A DNA stretch of 64,000 bases from assembly GCA_026387265.1 (NCBI GenBank), contig JAPLLZ010000029.1, positions 1,064-65,063 on the forward strand, in the 5' to 3' direction. Made by a program: the position numbers and the translations under genes. Shown here in pieces: positions 9,067-18,103 of the stretch; position 1 is the first letter of the stretch, and each line of letters begins with the position of its first letter. Source of the stretch: Candidatus Omnitrophota bacterium (GTDB taxonomy: Bacteria; Omnitrophota; Gorgyraeia; Gygaellales; Profunditerraquicolaceae). A model generated the notes under the pieces. That model saw only the letters and a list, made by a program, of their open reading frames with translations. It ran no database searches and had not been told where the DNA came from.

Positions 9067-10107
9067 TTAAATACCAAGGATTTTTTTGGAAAAATTATCC
9101 AGTGCTTGCTTATATTTTTGGTTCATCTGCAAACCTTGAATTTGTTTGCTTGCTTGGCCATATAGAATTTTTATTTGGTTTAGCGCATAAGCCAGTGCGC
9201 CGGTATCGGTAATGATCGAGCGCATTTTAATCAACTCCGCGTCTTGGGTAACCTTACTTTCCATAATCCTTTTTATAATTAACCTGTCTTTTTTACCAGC
9301 GTGGTTGAAGGCATACCAGGCCAGTAAAGTTCTTTTGGCTTCTTTAATATCGGTGAGGTTAGATTTGCCGATATCCTTAACCGTTCCGAAAGTTCCGATA
9401 ATGTCATCTTTAATCTGAAAGGCCCTTCCTAAAAGCATACCGTAGGAATATAACTTTTTAATTTGTAAGGGTTTTGCCCCGGCTAATTCGGCTCCCATGG
9501 CTAGAGGAGAGGCAAAGGTATAATTTGCAGTTTTGTAGTCATAGATTTTGTAGATATCTTTTTGGGTAACTTTTTCTATCGGTTTAATTCCCAGCAGCAG
9601 TTCAATAAATTCTCCGCTACCTGTATATAGGGCTGCCAGAAATAATTTTTTTAGCGCCTTTTCTTTACGCAGCATGTTTTCTTTTACAGATAGGAAAGCA
9701 TCCAGAGCCATGGCGTACATCACATCGCCGACTACAATCGCCAGGTCTTCCCCTTTAAATTTAATTTTCTTATTTTGTTTTAGAGAGCTTCTAAGCAAAG
9801 TATGCATGGCAGGCTTGCCGCGGCGTTGGTCGCTTTTATCGATGATATCGTCGTGGACAAGCATGAAATCATGTAATAGTTCTAAAGATAAGGCGCTGCG
9901 ATAAAGCCCGGAAGGGATTTTTTTAGAAAAGCCCAGATAACCGATACAGAATAATATCGGCCTGACTCTTTTGCCATCGCGGCAGATAAATTCTTTGATG
10001 TTCTTAAAAAGGACAGGGGAGAGCTTATTTAAGGCGTATAATTTATTAATTGAGCCGATATAAGCACTTAATTCTTTTTCGATTTTGTTTTTTATTCCCA
10101 AAAACAT
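9067..10107 (-). CDS. Polyprenyl diphosphate synthase (GGPP/FPP synthase family)
   Basis: Asp-rich motifs LVHDDIIDKSDQRRG and FQIKDDIIG; 346 aa. Confidence 0.85.
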   Translation of the reverse strand: MFLGIKNKIEKELSAYIGSINKLYALNKLSPVLFKNIKEFICRDGKRVRPILFCIGYLGFSKKIPSGLYRSALSLELLHDFMLVHDDIIDKSDQRRGKPAMHTLLRSSLKQNKKIKFKGEDLAIVVGDVMYAMALDAFLSVKENMLRKEKALKKLFLAALYTGSGEFIELLLGIKPIEKVTQKDIYKIYDYKTANYTFASPLAMGAELAGAKPLQIKKLYSYGMLLGRAFQIKDDIIGTFGTVKDIGKSNLTDIKEAKRTLLAWYAFNHAGKKDRLIIKRIMESKVTQDAELIKMRSIITDTGALAYALNQIKILYGQASKQIQGLQMNQKYKQALDNFSKKILGI

Positions 10108-10112
10108 AATTT

Positions 10113-10141
10113 ATGTTAACATATAAAGAGTAATTAAGCAA
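10113..10141 (-). promoter_or_regulatory. Putative promoter abutting the prenyl synthase start codon
   Basis: Minus strand: TTGCTT, 17 nt, TAACAT, 5 nt, ATG (10107); no Shine-Dalgarno. Confidence 0.35.
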
Positions 10142-10349
10142 TTATTTTGCCTTCTTGGAAAACGAAAAAATATAATTATTGGCGATGGTTTTGGGGGATT
10201 GAGCGCTGGTTGATAGAGGAATTAATCCGGAATTCCTGTGTAATGATATTGCAACCTTCTGCCGTAAATTCAGGATTAAGTTTATTCAGGAAGAGTATTT
10301 TGTGTTTACTCGGCTGGAAAATTTGTAACCTTTTACAGAGAGGTGGCAG

Positions 10350-10745
10350 ATGTCAAACTGGGGTATTTTGATCCTGAGGTTGGGGATAGGAGTGATGTTT
10401 GCGGCGCATGGGCTGCAAAAAGTTTTTGGTTTTTTCGCCGGTCCGGGGATTAAAGGATTTTCTCAGATGTTATCAAGCCTGGGTTTTGCTCCGGCAATTC
10501 CGTGGGCTTATTTGGCCGGATATACTGAATTGTTAGGAGGTGTATTTTTAATTATTGGGGTGTTTACCCGGCCTTGCGCTACCTTGCTTTTTATTCTTAT
10601 TACAACTGCTGCGATTAAAGTGCATTTAGGAAAAGGGTTTTTTCTCTCCGGTGGAGGTTTCGAATATGATTTTGTGATTGCTTGCGTTTGCCTTGCGCTT
10701 GTCTTGCTGGGTGAAGGCAAGTATACTATTTTTAGCCTGATGTAA
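10350..10745 (+). CDS. DoxX family membrane protein
   Basis: 131 aa, four hydrophobic helices, N-terminal GIGVMFAAHGLQKVFG typical of DoxX; SD GAGGTGG. Confidence 0.8.
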   Translation: MSNWGILILRLGIGVMFAAHGLQKVFGFFAGPGIKGFSQMLSSLGFAPAIPWAYLAGYTELLGGVFLIIGVFTRPCATLLFILITTAAIKVHLGKGFFLSGGGFEYDFVIACVCLALVLLGEGKYTIFSLM

Positions 10746-10867
10746 GTTTATCGAGGGAAAATTTCTGTTGATTGCTAAAGCAAATGTGCTATATTTGATT
10801 TGAAGTTTTAAATCTTGAGCAGATATTTTCCAGTTAAAATAATCACGCGAAATAACATTAAGGTGGC

Positions 10868-12049
10868 ATGATGAATAAAATATTTAATTATTTTATCACG
10901 ATTTTGTTTTTAGCTTTATTTTTGCCGATAGGATTTCTGTTTGCTGATGAATCAGGCTCAAGTCCGGCTAAGCTTATCTTTTTTCATTCTCCCGGTTGTC
11001 ATCGATGTATTCAAGTAAAGCAGGAGGTAATGCCGGCTATAGAAAAAGAGTTTAAGGATAAGGTTATTTTCGAATACCGGGATATTACTGATTTGGATAA
11101 TTACAAGATGCTTCTGGGGTTATTGCAAGCTAACCCGGAGAGCCAGAAACTCCAGGTTCCGCTTTTCTATATGGGGGGTAAATTTTTAAATGGCCAAGAT
11201 CCCTTGCCTGATAGGTTGCGGAGTTTTATTTATTTTGGAATAAAAAGTAATTTAAGCTTAAAGTTAAATCCAGTAGATTTAGTGGCTTATTTTAAAAGCT
11301 TTGTTCCGGCGGCAGTTATGGTTGCTGGCCTTGGCGATGGTATAAACCCTTGTGCTTTTACGGTAATTGTTTTTTTTATTTCTTTCCTTGCTTTGCAAGG
11401 ATATCGCAAAGCAGAGCTTATTTTGATTGGTTTATTATTCATTATTGCGGTTTTTTTGACCTATCTAGGCATCGGTTTAGGTATTTTTAATTTCTTTTAC
11501 CGTTTTGCAGGGTTCTGGGTAGTTGCGTATTTATTAAATATAATTATTGGAATTTTAAGTATTATTTTTGGATTTCTTGCCGTTTATGATTTCGTAACAT
11601 TTAAAAAAACAGGTTCTACTGAAGGGTTAGTTTTGCAGCTGCCCAAACCGATTAAGGAGAATATCCACAAAGTAGTAGGATTTTTCTATCGTAAGAGCCA
11701 GCAGGAAAAACAGGAAAAAACAAAACCGGCACTAGGCAAGCTTGCCTTGAGTGCTCTAATGACCGGATTTTTAGTTTCACTTTTAGAGGCAGTTTGCACC
11801 GGCCAGGTGTATTTACCGACGATTTCCTTTGTTTTAAAATCTTCAACATTTAAGCTTCAGGCGCTAGGATATCTCTTGTTGTATAATATTATGTTTATCG
11901 TGCCGCTGATTGTCGTTTTCGTATTGGCGCTTTTGGGTACTACCAGCCAGCAATTTTCCGGTTTTTTGAAAAAACATTTAGGATTAATTAAAATTTTATT
12001 GGCAATTTTGTTTTTTAGTTTAGGTATATTTTTACTTTGGAGGGTTTAA
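10868..12049 (+). CDS. Thioredoxin-fold CxxC domain fused to a CcdA/DsbD-like thiol-disulfide transmembrane domain
   Basis: FFHSPGCHRCIQVKQE (CxxC) in the N-terminal domain; multi-TM C-terminal part with GDGINPCAF and EAVCTGQVYLP Cys-containing helices. Confidence 0.7.
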   Translation: MMNKIFNYFITILFLALFLPIGFLFADESGSSPAKLIFFHSPGCHRCIQVKQEVMPAIEKEFKDKVIFEYRDITDLDNYKMLLGLLQANPESQKLQVPLFYMGGKFLNGQDPLPDRLRSFIYFGIKSNLSLKLNPVDLVAYFKSFVPAAVMVAGLGDGINPCAFTVIVFFISFLALQGYRKAELILIGLLFIIAVFLTYLGIGLGIFNFFYRFAGFWVVAYLLNIIIGILSIIFGFLAVYDFVTFKKTGSTEGLVLQLPKPIKENIHKVVGFFYRKSQQEKQEKTKPALGKLALSALMTGFLVSLLEAVCTGQVYLPTISFVLKSSTFKLQALGYLLLYNIMFIVPLIVVFVLALLGTTSQQFSGFLKKHLGLIKILLAILFFSLGIFLLWRV

Positions 12050-12447
12050 TGCGTAAGTGGATAATTTTCTTGAGTTTTTTTATTTTACAATTTTCTTGTG
12101 TAACAGTGTTTACGAAGTCGGACTCCTTTGCCCAGGAAGAGAAGGTGGATACGAATGAATGGGATTTTGGTGTGGTTAAGCAAGGGGATGTGTTAAAGCA
12201 TGATTTTATACTAAAAAACGAAACAAATGATATTCTGGAAATTAATAGTATTCATACTTCTTGCGGATGTACTGTTTCGCAGTCAGATAAAAAATCCTTA
12301 ATGCCGCAGGAAAGTACAGTGATTAAAGTAAGTTTTAATTCGCGTGGATATTTGGGTGAGGTTAAGCAATTTGTCTATGTTAATACTGATAATACGGATT
12401 TGGCAATAATTAAATTTACAATTAAAGCCCAAGTTGTAAAGGATTAA
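12049..12447 (+). CDS. DUF1573 domain protein (secreted)
   Basis: ATG 12049 overlaps the upstream stop (TAATG); signal peptide; HTSCGCT motif typical of DUF1573. Confidence 0.7.
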   Translation: MRKWIIFLSFFILQFSCVTVFTKSDSFAQEEKVDTNEWDFGVVKQGDVLKHDFILKNETNDILEINSIHTSCGCTVSQSDKKSLMPQESTVIKVSFNSRGYLGEVKQFVYVNTDNTDLAIIKFTIKAQVVKD

Positions 12448-12461
12448 ATTATAAAGGAACT

Positions 12462-12641
12462 TTCCGCCTCAGAAGCTATTTCAAAATTCTCTAGAATTTT
12501 GAAATATTCGGCGGAATAATCCTTACTCTTTTCATTCGTAAGGATTTCGCTAAACAAGAGCTAAGGGAGCTCAAATTCGCGGACACTCCAACAAGCTGGA
12601 GCTACAACTTACGTCGGCTGCGGCTTCCGTAAGTTGTCCGC
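12462..12641. repeat. Modular multi-hairpin repeat element, long copy (modules 1-4)
   Basis: Module 1 12462-12516 (TTCCGCC / TCAGAAGCT / 12-bp stem ATTTCAAAATTC / ATTC / GGCGGAA); module 2 12519-12545 (ATCCTTAC-N11-GTAAGGAT); module 3 12558-12572 (GAGCT-AAGGG-AGCTC); module 4 12579-12641 (GCGGACA ... ACAACTTACG-N14-CGTAAGTTGT ... TGTCCGC). Modules 1 and 4 recur at 40559-40674. Confidence 0.7.
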
Positions 12642-12663
12642 TCATTTAAGGAGGATTAATTCG

Positions 12664-13626
12664 ATGTGGTCATTACAGTTAAGAATGTGGTTGCTGGTAA
12701 CTTTGCTCTTTGGAATTATTTATGCTTTATTAGTTGTAGTGGGCAGTAGTTTTTTGCACGTAAGCAGTTTTAGTTTCTACCTGATTATCTCTTTAGTCAT
12801 GATGATTATTCAGTATATGGTAGGGCCTAAAATTGTAGAGTGGAGTATGCGCGTTAAGTATATTAAGAGAGAAGAGAACCCGCGCCTGTTTCAGATAGTA
12901 GAAAGTTTAAGTGTGCGCGCTAACATTCCCATGCCTAGAATTGGTATTGCTCAAATTGATATACCCAATGCTTTTGCTTTTGGCCGTTCTCTTAAGGACG
13001 GTAGAGTTTGTGTAACTAGCGGGATATTGAATTTACTTGATGAGGAAGAGTTAAAAGCTGTTCTTGGGCATGAATTAAGCCATTTAAAGAATCACGATGT
13101 GCTTACAATTACTTTGCTTTCAGTTATTCCAATGATTATGTACCGGATTGCCTGGCAGTTTTTATTTTATGGCCGCAGGCGTGATGAGCGGGGCGGCAAT
13201 ACCGTGTTAATCGGGCTGGCAGCCTTTTTGTTTTATTTTATAACCAATCTTTTAGTGCTTTATGCTTCGCGTATCCGGGAATATTTTGCTGACTGCGGTT
13301 CTGTGCTTTTGGGTAATCATCCGAAAGCTTTAGCCTCTAGCCTCTATAAGCTGGCTTATGGATCAGCTAAGTTAAACAAAGAAGAATTGAAGCAGACTGA
13401 AGGTTTAAAAGCATTTTTTATTAATGATCCGTCACAGGGGCGCAAGGAAGTGCTGGAGATATCACAATTAGATTTAGATAAAAGCGGTACGATTGATGCT
13501 TCTGAGCTGGAGTTGTTAAGAAGGTCGAATATACGTTTAAATTTGGGGGATAGGATGTTGGAGCTTTTAAGTACACATCCAAATATGCTTAAACGTATTA
13601 AAAGACTTTCAGAATATAAAGCTTAA
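12664..13626 (+). CDS. htpX: M48 family zinc protease HtpX
   Basis: HELSHLKNHD zinc site, TM helices, C-terminal STHPNMLKRI; ATG 12664 has AAGGAGG upstream (track start TTG 12634 lies inside the repeat). Confidence 0.85.
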   Translation: MWSLQLRMWLLVTLLFGIIYALLVVVGSSFLHVSSFSFYLIISLVMMIIQYMVGPKIVEWSMRVKYIKREENPRLFQIVESLSVRANIPMPRIGIAQIDIPNAFAFGRSLKDGRVCVTSGILNLLDEEELKAVLGHELSHLKNHDVLTITLLSVIPMIMYRIAWQFLFYGRRRDERGGNTVLIGLAAFLFYFITNLLVLYASRIREYFADCGSVLLGNHPKALASSLYKLAYGSAKLNKEELKQTEGLKAFFINDPSQGRKEVLEISQLDLDKSGTIDASELELLRRSNIRLNLGDRMLELLSTHPNMLKRIKRLSEYKA

Positions 13627-13644
13627 AAGAGCTTGAAAAATAAC

Positions 13645-13690
13645 AAAACGGGGCCGTTTCAGCGATATTGATACGGCCCCGTTTTCTTTT
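13645..13690 (+). terminator. Rho-independent terminator after htpX
   Basis: AAAACGGGGCCGT (13645-13657) / ACGGCCCCGTTTT (13673-13685) GC-rich stem followed by a T-rich tract. Confidence 0.8.
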
Positions 13691-13717
13691 GACATAACCC
13701 TAAATATACTATATAAT
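13689..13717 (+). promoter_or_regulatory. Consensus sigma70 promoter of lysS (near-leaderless)
   Basis: TTGACA (13689-13694), 17 nt, TATAAT (13712-13717); lysS ATG at 13727, no SD. Confidence 0.6.
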
Positions 13718-13726
13718 TACTAAACT

Positions 13727-15190
13727 ATGGACATTAATGAGATTGTGCAGCAAAGAATTGCAAAATTAGAAGCATTGGGAAGCAAAAACGTGGTTTTGTA
13801 TCCGGCCAGCGTTCCTGCTCATATTACCATTGGGCAGGCTTTGAGCAGCTTTGAAGAAGGCAAGCAAGTTACTCTCTGTGGTAGGATTATGGCTAATCGA
13901 GCGCACGGAAAGGTCAACTTTATGGACCTGCGGGATACTACTGGTAAGATCCAGCTTTATATTAAGCGGGATGTTGTAGGGCAAGAGAAAGCGGAGCTGC
14001 TTGAGCAATTGGATATTGCTGACATTTTAAGCGTCAGCGGTGAGCTTTTTAAGACGCACACCGGTGAATTTACGGTGAAGGTTCTGGATTTTACGATATT
14101 ATCTAAGGCTTTACGGCCTTTACCTGAAAAATGGCATGGTTTGAAAGATGTGGAGTTGCGTTATCGGCAGCGTTATTTAGACCTGCTTTCTAATGAAGAT
14201 GTAAAAAAAGTATTTTTGTTGCGTGCTAAGATTATTCAGGCGATTCGCAGTTTTTTAGATTCCCGGGGATTTTTAGAAGTAGAAACTCCAATGATGCATG
14301 ATATCGCCGGAGGTGCAGCTGGCCGGCCTTTTAAGACCTTTCATAATGAATATAGCATGGATTTATATTTAAGGATTGCCCCGGAGTTATATTTAAAACG
14401 CCTTATCGTCGGCGGCCTGGACCGGGTTTATGAAATTAATCGTTCTTTTCGTAATGAAGGAGTCTCTACCCGGCATAACCCTGAGTTTACCATGTTAGAA
14501 GTTTATCAGGCTTATACAGATTATGAAGGCATGATTAGTTTAACGCAGGATTTAATTTGTCATATCACTAAAGAGGTTTTAGGCAAGGAAGAGTTGCTTT
14601 ATCAGGGTAAGACAATTGATCTTAAGACTCCTTGGAAGAGGCAATCCTTTGCTCAGCTGGTCAAGGATAAATTTGGGATCCAACCGCAGGATGAACCGGC
14701 GGTAATGCTGAATAAGTTGCAGGCTAAAGGGCTGGCTAAGGACCAGAACCGCCTGAGTCGTTCGCAGATCAATAAGATTGTGGAGGATGCGCTAGAGCAG
14801 GAACTTCTGGTTAATCCGACATTTATTACTGATTATTTTACCAGTCTTTGCCCTTTAGCCAAGACTAAGCAAGATAATCCTTTGATTTCAGAGAGATTTG
14901 AGCTTTATTTGGCCGGGATGGAGATTGCTAATGCTTATTCTGAGTTAAATAATCCTTTAGAACAGCGTCGGCGTTTTGAAGAGGAGATTAAGGATCTTAA
15001 TACCGATGAAAAGAAGAATGTTGATGAAGAGTATCTGTTGGCCCTGGAGCATGGTATGCCGCCGGCCGGAGGATTAGGTATTGGAATCGATCGACTGGTA
15101 ATGTTGCTTACAGATCAACCGTCTATTAGGGATGTGATTTTATTTCCTCTCTTACGTACACAGCAAGAGCAAGGAGAGGATAAGGTTTAA
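13727..15190 (+). CDS. lysS: Lysyl-tRNA synthetase, class II
   Basis: OB-fold anticodon-binding N-domain, class II motifs (SFRNEG, GGLGIGIDRLVMLL); 487 aa. Confidence 0.95.
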   Translation: MDINEIVQQRIAKLEALGSKNVVLYPASVPAHITIGQALSSFEEGKQVTLCGRIMANRAHGKVNFMDLRDTTGKIQLYIKRDVVGQEKAELLEQLDIADILSVSGELFKTHTGEFTVKVLDFTILSKALRPLPEKWHGLKDVELRYRQRYLDLLSNEDVKKVFLLRAKIIQAIRSFLDSRGFLEVETPMMHDIAGGAAGRPFKTFHNEYSMDLYLRIAPELYLKRLIVGGLDRVYEINRSFRNEGVSTRHNPEFTMLEVYQAYTDYEGMISLTQDLICHITKEVLGKEELLYQGKTIDLKTPWKRQSFAQLVKDKFGIQPQDEPAVMLNKLQAKGLAKDQNRLSRSQINKIVEDALEQELLVNPTFITDYFTSLCPLAKTKQDNPLISERFELYLAGMEIANAYSELNNPLEQRRRFEEEIKDLNTDEKKNVDEEYLLALEHGMPPAGGLGIGIDRLVMLLTDQPSIRDVILFPLLRTQQEQGEDKV

Positions 15191-15191
15191 T

Positions 15192-16403
15192 ATGTTTTCA
15201 GAATTATGGCTTAGCCAAAGATACCTAAGGGCAGGCAAGAAGGAAAAAATTATCTCGATTACCGCGTTAATTTCCATAATCGGGATTGCCATTGGGGTAA
15301 TGGTTTTAATCGTGGTGATTTCAGTAATGAGCGGGTTTGACCGGTTTCTTGAAGATAAGATGGTGGGGACTAATTCTCACTTGTCGCTGGAGTTTTATAA
15401 TGGCGCCAGGAATTCAGACAGAGTAATTGACAAGCTAAAAACTTTTTCTTACGTAGAAGGGGCGTCTCCTTTTATTGACGGACAGGCCCTGGTGAAGACC
15501 GGTAAGTCGATTTTCGGGGTTCAGGTGCGTGGTATTGATCCAAAGCTGCAGATGGAAACATCTAAGCTTGATGAATATTTAAAATCCGGCAGCTATGATT
15601 TGACGGGTAATGAAGTGGCATTAGGCGGTGAATTGGCTTTACGCTTAGGCTTGGAGGTAGGCGGGATTTTAAGCTTGGTTTCTCCAGTTTCTTTAGCGAA
15701 AACTGATTTTTATGTTAAGGGAATTTTTAATAGCGGAATGTATCTTTATGATTCCAGCTTAGTTTTGACTAGTATCCAGGGAGCGCAGGATTTCTATAAA
15801 ATGCCGGATACAGTCAGTGGCGTTGCCGTGCGCGTCCGGGATATTTATAAAGTTGAAAATATCAAAGAGAAATTGTACCGGGACTTAACCGGGATTGGCC
15901 CATATCTGGTGCGTACCTGGATAGACGCCAATAAGAATTTTTTGGAAGCGTTGAAGCTTGAAAAAATTGTGATGTTTATTGTAGTCACCATGACTACGGT
16001 AGTAGCGGCATTTGGTATTGTGAGCACTTTGATTATGTCGGTAATGAGCAGGATTAAGGATATTGGTATTTTACGTTCTGTCGGAGCCAGGACTAAAAGT
16101 ATTCTGCAGATTTTTATTTTTCAGGGTATGGCGATTGGTATAACCGGAATATTTTTAGGGTTGAGTGCAGGGGTGAGCCTGGCGCTTTCGTTAGATAAGG
16201 TAGTAGATATTATATCTAAAATTATCGGTAGAAGCCTGATTCCCAAGGATATTTATTATTTTGACCGGATTCCGGTGAATATTAATGTCGGCGACGTAAC
16301 GGTTATTGTAATTTCTGCTTTGTTGATAACTTTGGCGGCCAGTATCTATCCGGCATATTATGCCAGCCGTATAATCCCCAGCGAGGCAGTCCGGCATGAG
16401 TGA
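15192..16403 (+). CDS. lolE: Lipoprotein-releasing ABC permease (LolC/LolE family)
   Basis: 403 aa, FtsX-like 4-TM permease with large periplasmic loop; N-terminus LSQRYLRAGKKEK...; followed by lolD. Confidence 0.8.
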   Translation: MFSELWLSQRYLRAGKKEKIISITALISIIGIAIGVMVLIVVISVMSGFDRFLEDKMVGTNSHLSLEFYNGARNSDRVIDKLKTFSYVEGASPFIDGQALVKTGKSIFGVQVRGIDPKLQMETSKLDEYLKSGSYDLTGNEVALGGELALRLGLEVGGILSLVSPVSLAKTDFYVKGIFNSGMYLYDSSLVLTSIQGAQDFYKMPDTVSGVAVRVRDIYKVENIKEKLYRDLTGIGPYLVRTWIDANKNFLEALKLEKIVMFIVVTMTTVVAAFGIVSTLIMSVMSRIKDIGILRSVGARTKSILQIFIFQGMAIGITGIFLGLSAGVSLALSLDKVVDIISKIIGRSLIPKDIYYFDRIPVNINVGDVTVIVISALLITLAASIYPAYYASRIIPSEAVRHE

Positions 16404-17094
16404 AGAAATAATTAAAGTCAACTCGATTTGTAAGAGTTATCAGGATAACTTAACTAACCTGGAAGTATTAAAAAATATTAATTTTTCTGTTTTGGCGGGT
16501 GAATTCTTGGTAATTCAGGGGCCAAGCGGCGCAGGAAAGTCGACGCTTTTACATATTTTAGGCGGTTTGGATAATCCGACCCAAGGGAAAGTTTATTTTC
16601 AAGGAGCGGATATTTATGCCATAGATGAGAATAAGCGTTCTGCTTTGCGCAATGAGAAAATAGGTTTTGTTTTTCAGTTTTTTCATCTTTTGCCGGAGTT
16701 AAATGCTTTAGAGAATGTTTTGTTACCGGGAATTTTAAAATCCTGGTGGGATAGGAAAAAAAGCTTAGGCAAGGCGCTTGAACTTTTAGAAAGATTAGGA
16801 TTATCCTCCAGGTTAAAACATCGGCCGGGTGCTTTAAGCGGCGGAGAACAACAGAGAGTGGCGATTGCCCGGGCGTTAGTCAATTGTCCGCAGCTTTTAC
16901 TTTGTGATGAGCCTACGGGTAATTTAGATTCAGAGAATGGTAAAAATATCCTGCAGCTTTTAATTGAGCTTAACCGGGCTCAAAAGATTACCATTGTGAT
17001 GGTTACTCATGATAAAGATATTGCCTGTGGAGCCGGAAGAATTATTCATTTGAAGGATGGGGTTATTCTAGGAAATAATAATGATAAACACTAA
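16396..17094 (+). CDS. lolD: Lipoprotein-releasing ABC ATPase
   Basis: Walker A GPSGAGKST, signature LSGGEQQRVAIARAL, Walker B LLLCDEPTGNLD; overlaps lolE by 8 nt. Confidence 0.85.
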   Translation: MSEEIIKVNSICKSYQDNLTNLEVLKNINFSVLAGEFLVIQGPSGAGKSTLLHILGGLDNPTQGKVYFQGADIYAIDENKRSALRNEKIGFVFQFFHLLPELNALENVLLPGILKSWWDRKKSLGKALELLERLGLSSRLKHRPGALSGGEQQRVAIARALVNCPQLLLCDEPTGNLDSENGKNILQLLIELNRAQKITIVMVTHDKDIACGAGRIIHLKDGVILGNNNDKH

Positions 17095-17217
17095 ACCCGA
17101 AAAACGAAACTCTAAACAAACTCAAAATTCTAAACTCGAAACTCAAAACATTGGTTTAAAAATTTGAGTTTTGGATTTAGGATTTGTTTAGGATTTAGAG
17201 TTTAGTGTTTAGAGTTT
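17089..17217. repeat. Inverted heptamer-array element, copy 1
   Basis: Left arm of CNCTAAA/CTCGAAA-type heptamers (17089-17147), 15-nt centre, right arm of TTTAGRR/TTTGAG-type heptamers (17163-17217); begins in the last lolD codons, ends 4 nt before the ilvE SD. Confidence 0.7.
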
Positions 17218-17233
17218 ATTAAAGGAGGTAAGC

Positions 17234-18103
17234 ATGCAGATTTACATTAACGGGAAATTTTATGATAAAGAGAACGCTAAGGTATCTGTATTTGATCATG
17301 GGTTGCTTTATGGGGATGGTGTTTTTGAGGGGATCCGTTCTTATAATCGCCGTGTGTTTAAATTAAGCGAGCATATTGATCGGCTGCTGGAATCTGCCCA
17401 GAGTATTATGTTAAAGGTCCCGTTGACTAAAGAACAGTTAATTAAAGCGGTAACCCAAACATTAAAAGCTAATAAGCTAGATAATGCTTATATCCGTCTG
17501 GTGGTTACCCGTGGGGTAGGTGATTTAGGGCTTGATCCGCGTAAATGTAATCAAGGCTCGACAATTATTGTTATCGCCGATAAAATCGCTTTGTATCCAG
17601 AGAAACTTTATCGTGAGGGCTTAACGATTGTGACTGTGCCTACCGTGCGTAATTTGCCGGAAGCACTTAACCCCCAGATTAAGTCTTTGAATTACTTAAA
17701 TAATATTCTGGCTAAGATGGAAGCGGCTAATGCTGGATGCGATGAAGCAATTATGTTAGATTCACTAGGGTATGTGGCAGAGTGTACTGGAGACAATATT
17801 TTTGTGGTTAAGCATGGCCAGCTTTACACTCCTCCGCAGTGTATGGGGACTTTGCGCGGAATCACCCGTGATTCCATACTGGAGATTGCCCGCAGGGATA
17901 AAATTCCGGCACACGAACATGTAATTACGCGGCATGAAGTTTATATTTCAGATGAGTGTTTCTTAAGCGGTACGGCAGCAGAGCTCATCCCGGTAGTTAA
18001 GGTGGATGGCCGGATTATTGGCCAGGGTAAGCCGGGTAAGCTTACTTTGAGCCTGATGAAAAAATTCAAAGAGTTAACCGTTAAAGATGGAGTAAAGTAT
18101 TAA
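17234..18103 (+). CDS. ilvE: Branched-chain amino acid aminotransferase (class IV PLP enzyme)
   Basis: 289 aa; VFDHGLLYGDGVFEGIRSY and class IV fold motifs. Confidence 0.85.
   Translation: MQIYINGKFYDKENAKVSVFDHGLLYGDGVFEGIRSYNRRVFKLSEHIDRLLESAQSIMLKVPLTKEQLIKAVTQTLKANKLDNAYIRLVVTRGVGDLGLDPRKCNQGSTIIVIADKIALYPEKLYREGLTIVTVPTVRNLPEALNPQIKSLNYLNNILAKMEAANAGCDEAIMLDSLGYVAECTGDNIFVVKHGQLYTPPQCMGTLRGITRDSILEIARRDKIPAHEHVITRHEVYISDECFLSGTAAELIPVVKVDGRIIGQGKPGKLTLSLMKKFKELTVKDGVKY

Noticed and set aside
10147-10371. 74-aa + strand ORF upstream of the DoxX gene
   Set aside because: It lies in the divergent promoter region, uses a non-ATG start, has no SD and a low-complexity composition. The DoxX gene has its own GAGGTGG-ATG start at 10350.
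17163-17217. TTTAGGA/TTTAGAG heptamers resemble plant-type telomere repeats (TTTAGGG)
   Set aside because: The repeats are degenerate, internal, paired with an inverted complementary array, and sit between two operon genes. The resemblance is coincidental.
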